Source: Mustelus asterias (lineage: Eukaryota). Taken from it: DNA of 64,000 bases. Positions 37,736-47,725 of this stretch are shown here, piece by piece. Both the position numbers and the translations under genes were made by a program. Position 1 is the stretch's first letter; every line of letters starts with the position of its first letter. The notes under the pieces are model-generated. The model ran no database searches, was not told the origin of the DNA, and saw only the letters and a program-made list of their open reading frames with translations. The DNA lies in the NCBI RefSeq assembly GCF_964213995.1, contig NC_135808.1, forward strand, positions 34,224,001 through 34,288,000, read 5' to 3'.

Positions 37736-39720
37736 CCAAAACTTGCCATACTTATCCTTCATCCTTACGGGAATGTGCCGGTCCTGAATCCCTATCAATT
37801 TACACTTGAAAACCTCCCACATGCCAGATGTTGATTTGCCCTCAAACATCTGCCCCCATTCTACATTCTTCAGTTCCTGCCTAATATTGTTGTAATTATC
37901 CTTCCCCCAATTTAGCACCTTAACTTGAGGACAACACTTATCTTTATCCATCAGTACCTTAAAGCTTACTGAATTGTGGTCACTGTTCCTGAACTGCTCC
38001 CCTACTGAAACATCAACCACCTGGTCGGGCTCATTCCCCAATACCAGGTCCAGTATGGCCCCTTCCCTAGTTGGACTATCTACATACTGTTTCAAGAAGC
38101 CCTCCTGGATGCTCCTTACAAACTCTGCCCCATCCACACCCCTAGCACTAAGTGAGTCCCTGTCAATATTGGCGAAGTTAAAATCTCCCACCACAACCCT
38201 GTTACTTTTACACCTTGCCAAAATCTGCCTACATATCTGTTCATCTATCTCCCGCTGGCAGTTGGGTGGCCTATAGTAAACCCCCAACATTGTGACTACA
38301 CCTTTCCTATTCCTGAGCTCTACCCATATTGCCTCGCTGTATGAGCCCTCCGAGGTGTCCTCTCGCAATACAGCTGTGATATTCTCCTTAACCAATAGTG
38401 CAACTCCCCCACCCCTTTTACATCCCTCTCTATCCCGCCTGAAACATCTGTATCCTGGAATATTAAGCTGCCAATCCTGTCCTTCCCTTAACCAAGTCTC
38501 TGTAATAGCAACAACATCATAGTTCCTAGTACTAATCCAAGCTCTAAGTTCATCTGCCTTACCTGTTACACTTCACGCATTGAAACAGATGCACTTCAGT
38601 CCACCAGACCCTCGCTGATTAGCAACCCCCACCCTGCCTGCTGTTTCTTTGAGTCTTACTGGCCCTACTCTCTGGTTCCCCTTCAGTTAATTCACCTTTG
38701 CTTTGGTTCCCACCCCCCTGCCAAACTAGTTTAAATCCTCCAGTGTGACACTAGCAAACCTCCCGGCCAGAATATTTATGTCCTTTTCCAGTTTAGATGC
38801 AACCTGTCCTTCTTGTACAGGTCCCATTTGCCCCGGAAGAGACCCCAATGGTCCAGATATCTGAAACCCTCCCTCCTACACCAGCTGTTTAGCCACGTGT
38901 TGAGCTACACCATCTTAGCCTCACTATTCCGAGCCTCACTGGCACGTGGCACAGGGAGTAATCCTGAGATTACAACCCTAGAGGTCCTGCTTTTTAACTT
39001 TCTACCTAACTCCCTAAACTGCTGCTGCAGGACCTCATCACTCTTCCTGCCTATGTCGTTCGTACCAATATGTACCACGGCCACTGGCTATTCACCCTCT
39101 CCCTTCAGAATGCTTTCTGTCTGTTCAGAGACACCCTGGACCCTGGCACCAGGGAGGCAACATACCATCATGGAGTCTCTTTCACATCCACAGAAACGCC
39201 TATCTGCACCCCTAACTATAGAGTCCCCTATAACTATTGCTCCAGTCCTCTTTATCCCTCCCTGCTTAACAACAGAGCCAGCCATGGTGCCACTGCTCTG
39301 GCTGCTGCTGCTGTTATCCCCTGATAGGCCATCGCCCCCCAACAGTATCCAAAATGGTATACTTGTTAGAGAGGGGGACGACCACAGGGGATTCCTGCAC
39401 TGACTGCCTGCCCCTTCTGGCGGTCACCCATCTATCTGCCTGCACCTTCGGTGTGACCATGTCTCTAAAGCTCCTATCTATGAGACTTTCCGCCTCCTTC
39501 ATGCTCCTAAGTGCATCCAACTGCTGCTCCAACCTATCCATACGATCTGTAAGGAGCTGCAATTGGGTGCACTTCCTGCAGACGTAGTCATCCGAGATGC
39601 TGGAAGCGTCACGGATCTCCCACATCTCACAAGTGCAGCACTTAACCCCACTGATCGACATTTCGAGCGCCAATTAAATTATCTCAGAAAATTTATAAAA
39701 CTCTTACCTTCACTTTTATC
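37736..39720 (-). mobile_element. CR1 5' half (ORF1 zinc-finger/esterase + ORF2 endonuclease); 3' half missing
   Basis: ORF1 C..C.MWE..C.KC and IGDSIVRG..CLPGA (39673-39088). ORF2 IWVELRN..YRPP, GDFN, SDHN (38395-37736). Confidence 0.9.
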
Positions 39721-39734
39721 TTCTCACAGTGGCC

Positions 39735-40021
39735 TTTTTTTTTGTTTATATATCCAATTCAATCCAATCAAAGTCCAATTCAGAGTCTCAGCAAGTGCGA
39801 TATTCCCGATCCACTCGGCCTTTTGGCTAAGATCAAGGATAATATCGACATGCTGTACATGGTTGAAGTCATTAGGTTACATTTTTAGCTTCATTTGAAG
39901 AAATTTTTAAAAGCGGCATCTCAGCCTTTTGGCTAAGATGCAAATGAGATCAAGCCTTGGAGGAGGTGCAATGCCTACTCCAATCAGCTTGGATCATGTA
40001 GATCAGGCCCAAGACAGTGGA
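39735..40021 (-). other. Poly(A)-tailed module with two U2 snRNA 5'-end fragments (39814-39837, 39919-39954)
   Basis: ctcggccttttggctaagatcaag equals U2 nt ~8-31. The second copy is interrupted by an insert containing ATGCAAAT. T9 tract at 39735-39743. Not a complete U2 gene. Confidence 0.75.
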
Positions 40022-43000
40022 CTTTTTTTTTCAAAAATATACTTTATTCACAAAAAAAACTCTCAAATAAGCCATTGCAAAACGACATATCTGATAAATA
40101 CAAACAGTGCAAAAATGACCAGTCATTTTTACAATACTTTACGATGCTTATTTACAAGACATTACGTTCATCACATTTCAGTAATTGAAACTATATACAT
40201 TCATTAGGTTTTACTGTGTGCTGTTGTTTTTCAGATTAGCACACGGTTACGCAGTCTGAGATTCCACACAGTTACCGGGCCCTTGGTCTGCCTCAGTTGA
40301 AAGGCTTTACACGGTGGTCTTTCCCCATTGTGCCTTTGCGGCGGCTGCCCCAAGCTTGAGCGCGTCCCTGAGCACGTAGTCCTGGACCTTGGAATGTGCC
40401 AATCTGCAACACTCGGTCGAGGACAATTCTTTCAACTGGAAGATCAGCAAGTTTCGGGCAGACCAAAGCGCGTCCTTCACCGAGTTGATGACCCTCCAGC
40501 AGCAGTTGATATTTGTCTCGGTGTGCGTCCCCGGAAACAGCCCGTAGAGCACAGAGTCCTGCGTCACCGAGCTGCCCGGGACGAACCGCGACAAATACCA
40601 CTGCATCTCATTCCAGACCTTCTTTGCAAAGACACATTCCACAAGCAGGTGTGCAACCGTCTCATCAGCCCCGCAGCCGCTTCGAGGGCAGCGTGCGGTG
40701 GTATTGAGACCTCGAGCGTGCATAAAGGATCTGACGGGACGTGCCCTTCTCATCACCAGCCAAGCCAGGTCTTGGTGCTTGTTTGTGAGTTCTGGTGATG
40801 AGGCATTCTGCCAGATGATACTGACAGTCTGCTCAGGGAACCATCCGACAGGATCCACCATCTCCTTTTCTCTCAGGGCCTCAAGGATGTTACGTGCTGA
40901 CCACTGCTTGATTGCCGTGTGGTCAAAGGTGTGTTTCTGGAAAAAGTTCTCCACGAAGGACAGGTGCTGCGGTATGGTCCAACTACTTGGAGCGTTCCGC
41001 GGCAGTGTGGCCAGACCCATCCTCCGCAACACTTGGGACAGGTAGAACCTCAAAAAGTAGTGGCACTTGCTGTTAGCGTACCGAGGATCTACACACAGCT
41101 TGATGCAGCCGCACACAAAGGTGGCCATCAGGATGAGGGCGGCGTTGGGAACGTTTTTCCCTCCGTTCTCTAGAGATTTGTGCATCGCTTCCCTCCGGAC
41201 ATGATCCATCTTTGATCTCCAGATAAATTTGAAGGTGGCCTGGGTCACTGCTGCTGCGCAGGATTTGGGGATAGGCCAGACCTGCGCCACGTACAACAAC
41301 ACGGACAGTACCTCGCATCGGATGACCAGGTTTTTTCTGGTGATAGAGAGGGAGTGTTGCTCCCACAAGCCCAATTTTTGCCTCGCTTTGGCGATGCGCT
41401 CTTCCCAGTTTTTGGCGCATGCCCTGCCGCTCCAAACCATATCCCCAGCACCTTAAGGTAGTTGCCCTGACGGTGAAGGGGACAAAGGATCTGTTAGCCC
41501 AGTTCCCAAAGAACATGGCCTCGCTCTTGCCCCGAAGCCAGCTCGAACTGCTCACAGACTTGGAGGAGCCTGCGAACAGTCGAGGGGTCCGAGCAGAAGA
41601 CAGCCACGTCATCCATGTACAGGGAAGCTCTGACCTGCATGCTTCCGCTGCCTGGGATTGTGACCCCTTTGATGCCTGGGTCGCTTCTGAGGGCCTCGGC
41701 AAAGGGTTCAATGCAACACACAAAAAGGATGAAGGAGAGTGGGCAGCCCTGCTGAAACTATCTGATTCCCACCCATTGATTGAAACTGCGCTACTGATGT
41801 CTGCGTAGAGCAGTTGGATCCAATTGTGGATTCCCTTCCCAAAGCCCATTTTGGAGAGCACATCCATCATGTAGCTGTGCGATATTCTGTCAAATGCCTT
41901 CTCCTGGTCTAGGCTGATGAGGCAGGTGTCCAACTGCCTGTCCTGCACGTAGGCGATCGTATCCCTGAGTAGCACGAGGCTTGATGTGGAGATGCCGGCG
42001 TTGGACTGGGGTAAGCACAGTAAGAAGTCTCACAACACCAGGTTAAAGTCCAACAGGTTTATTTGGTAGCAAATACCATAAGCTTTCGGGGCACAGCTCC
42101 TTCGTCAGATGGAGTGGATATCCACTCCATCTGACGAAGGAGCTGTGCTCCGAAAGCTTATGGTATTTGCTACCAAATAAACCTGTTGGACTTTAACCTG
42201 GTGTTGTGAGACTTCTTACTAGCACGAGGCTATCAGAGATCTTCCTGCCGGGTATAGCACAGGTTTGATCAGGATGGATCACTGACCCCAGAGCAGACTT
42301 GACCCAGTTGGCGATGACTCTTGCTAGAATTTTATAATCCACGTTCAATAGTGAAATGGGTCGCCAATTTCTAATTTCTTCCCTTTCCCCCTTCTGCTTG
42401 TAGATGAGGGTAATGATGCCTTTCCTCATGGATTCTGACATGCTGCGTTCCAGAAGCATACTCTCGTATACTTCCAGCAGGTCCGGGTCCACCAAGTCCC
42501 ACAACGCCGAGTAAAACTCAGCCGTTAAGCCGTCACTTCCGAGAGTTTTACCATTCTGAAAGGTCTCAACGGCCTTTGTCAGCTCATCCAGAGCTACCGG
42601 TCTGTCCAGGCTCTCCCGCTCGCCGTCATCTAAGACCTCTGTGATAGACGACAGGAAAGACTGGGAGGCCGTGCTGTCTGTTGGCTTCAGGTCACACAGT
42701 CCGGAATAGAAGGATTTGCAAATCCTCAGAATGTCAGACTGCGATGACCTTACAGAGCCATCTTCTTCCTTCAGGCTGCTGATCACAGAGGTTTCTCTGT
42801 GCACCTTTTGGAAGAAGAAATGCGAACACGTTTCGTCCTGTTCCACGGAGCGGACCCTGGACCGGAAGATAACCTTTGGAGGCCTCCGAGGCAAAGAGCG
42901 AGGCTTGCTGGCTCTTCACCTCCCGGAGATCCTCCTTGAAATCAATCCCCATCGACTGCAGTTGGAGTAGCTCCTGCATGCTTTTCTGGAGTCGGGACAT

Positions 43001-43826
43001 TTTCCCCCCATCTCTCCCTGGCCTTCTGAACCCCTTTGCAGATGAAGAACCTCTTGATGTTGTCCTTGATGTTTCCCACCAGAGCAATGGAGACTCAAAG
43101 AAGGGTTTCACGGTTCTCTAACCGTGGTAAACCCTTTTGAGTTCCTCGAGGTTCTCTGGGGTCAACAGTTCTACATTTAGCTTCCAGGACCCCCTGCCCA
43201 CTTTCTGGATTTCCTCCAGCTGACAGTCGGCCAGCAGGAGGCAGTGGTCAGAAAAGAACACCGACTTGACGTCGGTGGACCTGACCGTGAGCGCGTGGGA
43301 TACAAACATGAAGTCAATCCTGGAGCGGACAAACACGTCTGGCCGCAACCACGTGTAACTACGCTGCACTCCGTCTGCTGGGTTGCTGAAGACGTCGTGC
43401 AGCTTGGCATCTTTGACTATGTCCAGCAGGAGTCTGGATGTAGCGTCCAGTTTGTTTTCAGCCCTGCTGAATCGGCCGGCCTTGTCGATAATGCAGTTAA
43501 AATCCCCACCCAGAATGATTGGCCTGGAGGTGGTGAGCAGCAGTGGCAACTGTTCAAAAACTGCCAGCCGCTCACTCTTGACGGCAGGGGCATACACATT
43601 AATCAGCCTGTATGTGACATCTGCTACGTGGAGGCATCCTCCCACCACCTCCTTAGCTTTGGAGATGGTGAAGTTGCTTCCTCGCAGCAGAATGCCTAGG
43701 CTGGAAGAACGGCAGTTGTTCCCACCTGACCAGGTGGACAATCCGTGGGACCACACACTTGACCAATGCCTGTCACTGCTGAAGTGAGATATCCCACACT
43801 CCTGCAGGAACAGCAGGTCGGCCTTG
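40022..43826 (-). mobile_element. Tx1-group (L1 clade) LINE ORF2, 5'-truncated and frameshifted, with polyA signal and tail
   Basis: FLQE, INVYAP, GGDFN, SRIDF, FSDH (APE); GSDGL..EFY, NWRPISLLNVDYKI, LDQEKAFDR, YMDD (RT); C...CG..ET..HL..C zinc knuckle. AATAAA followed by A9 on the - strand at 40048-40023. Confidence 0.93.
41982..42220. mobile_element. Penelope-derived palindromic mini-element (239 bp) with two opposed hammerhead motifs
   Basis: 42019-42220 is a 202-bp palindrome (one mismatch) centred on GGAT|ATCC, with a 37-bp one-sided tail. TSD agcacgaggct at 41971-41981 / 42221-42231. Confidence 0.92.
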
Positions 43827-44236
43827 AGTGGTTAGAGAAGGAGCGAGGGAGGGAAATGCTAACGTGGTGTTTCGGGTTTACCACTCCTTGACACCAGATC
43901 TTCTGCTTCCCACTTCTTGGTAAATGTTGCTGGTCCGACTTCTCCCAGAATGCACCAGTGAAGTCCCTCAGCCGCTTCTACCTGAATCTCACCCCTGACT
44001 GGTACATAACCGATTGGCGGTGGAAGCTGTGAAGAGTTGGTGACCTGAGTCAGGATCATTTATTAATGAGAGGAGGGACTGTGGTCATTGTGTGAGTTTA
44101 ATCTGGTTGGTGCTCCAGCTCTGGGATGATTGTTTCAGTCGGTTTATTCCGGTTGGTTTGTTGTGTTTGATGATGTTTAAGTTTCTCTGGGTGAGGTGTT
44201 GTTAGTTTTAACCCTGTCTCTCTCTCTCACACACAG

Positions 44237-44485
44237 ATGTACACCGGAATCTCATGGTCCTGTTTGTTCAGGACGGTATTCCCGATAAACACTGGGATCT
44301 GGAGGTGGACGGGGATGAGGTTTTCTACATGGATTTCAAACTGAAGAAGGAGGTGGCGCGGATTCCCGAGTTTAACCGCTACAGAATACGGGGAGGAGAG
44401 GCGGGAATCTCAGCTCAAATCGCCATCGTGAAACAGAATTTAAATGTTTGGAAGATACTGTCGAACGGAACCGCGGAACCGAGAG
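44237..44485 (+). CDS. MHC-IIA: MHC class II alpha chain, exon 2 (alpha-1 peptide-binding domain)
   Basis: Polypyrimidine tract + cag acceptor; 249 nt; (Y)VHRNLMVLFVQDGIPDKHWDLEVDGDEVFYMDFKLKKEVARIPEF...GISAQIAIVKQNLNVWKILSNGTAEPR. DGDE.FY.D and R.PEF motifs. Phase-1 donor G|gtgagt. Confidence 0.96.
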
Positions 44486-45094
44486 GTGAGTGACCGGGTT
44501 CACCCCCCTCAGCCCCGGGCTGTGGAGCGGAGCGGGCTGAGAGTGAGAGCAGCCCGGGGCCGGGGGCTCACAGCCGGGGCTGGATTCATACCCGCGGCTC
44601 CTCCCGATGGATTCACCTCCCGACAGAAAATAACACCCTGGCCGGGAGACAACCCAGTCTCCCAGGTGCTGAGACAATATGGACAGCAGCATTTCAGTAC
44701 CATTACCGGACCCACCCCAGTGTTTCACTCCCAGTGTTCCACAGCAGTTCCCCACTAAAGGCTGGACCATTGAGGCTCTCTGTTCCTCCTTCCGGGAGGT
44801 CAGGGGTAAGGGAGTGCTCCCTGGGCAGTGCCATCCTGCCACTGGGCATTGGCAAGGATGTTGGGCCAGAGCTTACTGAGGTCAGGGCCGACTGGAAGGG
44901 GCAGTCCAGCAGGCCAGCGATTAGTGGTGGGTGGGTGGTTGGCAATAAGGGGGGTTGTGGGAAAGGCCAGCGATTTTGGGGGGTGGGGGGGAGAATGTTG
45001 GGGGTGGTGGAAGGAAAGAGGTCAGTACACATACGCCACTCTCCGCACTGAGATCGGTGTATGCACAGTGGCCCGCTCAGTGCTATGCTGCCAG

Positions 45095-46907
45095 CCTCAT
45101 GTTACAGAGAAGGAAATGCTGGGAATCTTAAAGTGCCCCAAGGTAGATAAATCCCCAGGATCTGATGAAATGTATCCCAGGATTTTGTGTGAGGTTAGGA
45201 AGGAAATTGTGGATCCCCAAGCAGAGATATTTGAAACATCGACAGCCACAGGTGAGGTGCCTGAAGATTGGAAGCTGGCAAATGCTGTGCCTTTGTTTAA
45301 GAAGGGCTGCTGGACACTACAGGCCGGTGAGCCTCACATTTTAATGGGTAAGTTGTTAGAAGGTATGCTGAGAGGATCTACAGGTGTTTAGAGAGGCAAG
45401 GACTGATTAGGGACTGTAGTGGGGATTTATCTTTTAAAATGGTGGCAGATTTCTAAAAACTTAGATTCTATTTGAAAAACTCGTAAAAGGCAAAGTCTCT
45501 GTTCAAGAGACATAACCAAACTTTATTTAAGCACAAAAAAACTAACAAAATAGACACTACATTATCCTGTGGCTGTGGGAGGCCTTCAGGGTCAGATAGC
45601 CCAGGTTCAGCATTATGAGACCTCTCCAAAGATCTGATACACTCAGCCAAATTACAGAACAATTATACTCTGTTATCTAAGATACACCTCTTCATTAGCT
45701 TAGATTCAATTTCATTTAGTGTTAACATGTCAGTCCAATACAATACAGATTTATCTCAGCAATATGTAGCTCGATACAATGATATTTGATTTGTCCGTTT
45801 AATTCCGGACATCTTCCCACTTGGCTAAGCCAATTTTCTGGTTGCCATGTTGTTAACTCGTTAGATAGAATCATTGGCTTGATGACATAAGATGCTTGTA
45901 AAGGGTTTTTTTCAAACTTGAGGCCTGTGACCAGCAGTGTGCCTCAGGGATCAGTGCTGAGTACACTGTGATTTGTCATTTATATTAATGATTTGGATGA
46001 GAATATAGGAGGCATGGTTAGTCAGTTTGCAGATGACACCAACATTGGTGGTATAGTGGACAGTGAAGAAGGTTATCTAGGATTGCAACGGGATCTTGAT
46101 CAATTGTGCCGGTGGGCAGATGAATGCCAGATGGAGTTTAATTTAGATAAATGCGAGGTGGTGATGTATTTTGGTAGACCAAACCAGGGCGGGACTTACT
46201 CAATTAATAGTAAGGCGTTGGGGAGAGTTATAGAACAAAGAGATTTATGGGTACAGGTTCATAGCTCCTTGAAAATGGAGTCACAGGTGAACAGGGTGGT
46301 GAAGAAGGCATTTGGCATGCTTGGTTTCAATGGTCAGAACATTGAATACAGGAGTTGGGACATCTTGAAGTTGTACAAGAAATCGGTACGGTCACACTTG
46401 GAATATTGTGTACAGTTCTGGTCACCCTATTATAGAAAGGATATTAAACTAGAAAGAGTGCAGGAAAGATTTACTAGGATGCTACTGGGACTTGATGGTT
46501 TGAGTTATAAGGAGAGGCTGGATAGACTGGGACAATTTTCCCTGGAGCGAGGAGGCTTAGGGGTGATCTTATAGAGGTCCATAAAATAATGAGGTAGATA
46601 GTCAATATCTTTTCCCAAAGATAGGCAAGTCTAAAACTAGAGGGCATAGGTTTAAGGTGAGAGGAGAGAGATACAAAAGAATCCAGAGGGGCAATTTTTT
46701 CAGTGTCTGGAACGAGCTGCCAGAGGCAGTAGTAGAGACAGGTATAATTTTGTCTTTTAACCATGTAACTGTCTAAATGCTTTTTAAGATGGGTACAGAG
46801 GGATTATGGGCCAAACGTGGGCAGTTGGTACTAGTTTAGTGGTTAAAAACTGGGCGGCATGGACAATTTGGGCCGAAGGACCTGTTTCCATGCTGTGAAC
46901 CTCTATG
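45095..46907 (+). mobile_element. Decayed CR1 RT fragment interrupted by a solo-LTR-like insert (~45415-45886)
   Basis: KSPG.D.MYPRIL, QFADD, LEYCVQFWSP. Insert begins TGTAG and ends TGACA. Confidence 0.8.
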
Positions 46908-47725
46908 ATCCTCCAGTGGGATGAGGGCCCACCCCACCAATTACTGGCATGAGACACTTGAGACACTCTGCTTGGAATTTTGCAAGAAAAGTTCTAAGTG
47001 TCCAGCTACCATGAACATGGGAGAGTGGCTGTTGTGTTTTTTTGGGCGAGTTTTTACTCTCAACCTTATGCAGATAGTGCTTGAAAAAAAAATGGGCCGG
47101 ACTGTTTCTAGCTACTGGAGAGAGTGGGCGGGCGGGTCTTAAATTGCCAGCCAGCCTGATCAGGCAGCAGTGGGAGCTATTGCGCATGTGCAGACCTCTG
47201 TGACTGCACATGCACAATTGCAACAGCAGAGGCCTGACAGAGAGAGGGAGAGCTGTCAGCCCTCTGTTGCTGCAGCCGGCACCAAAGAACCCCCCTACCC
47301 AATCGTGAGCCCCACACCACCTGAAAATATAGCCTTCGCTGCCCCATCTTACCCCCCCCTCCCCACTGTACCCCCTCCCCACTGTACCCCCCCCTCCCCA
47401 CTGATCACAGGCAGAGCAGTAGTGAGTGTCCCCCCCCCCCCCGCCCCGCCCCAACTGATTACCTGCAGAGCAGCAGCAGATCCCCGCTTCCTCCCTTCAC
47501 AGATCAATGGCCTCTGGTTCCACCGCTGAGGGCAACACAACTGATCCCCATTCATAGGGGGCAGGTGTTTTCCTTGGAGAGAACCATAAGACCATAAGAC
47601 ATAGGAGCGGAAGTAAGGCCATTCGGCCCATCGAGTCCACTCCACCATTCAATCATGGTTGATTTCAACTCCATTTACCCGCTCTCTCCCCATAGCCCTT
47701 AATTCCTCGAGAAATCAAGAATTTA

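Noticed and set aside
39814-39954. Functional U2 snRNA gene
   Set aside because: Only ~24 nt of the 5' end match; there is no branch-point recognition sequence, Sm site or 3' stem-loops.
44008-44055. Alternative promoter before exon 2 (CCGATTGG, TGAGTCA)
   Set aside because: Isolated short motifs with no X box at the proper spacing and no leader exon.
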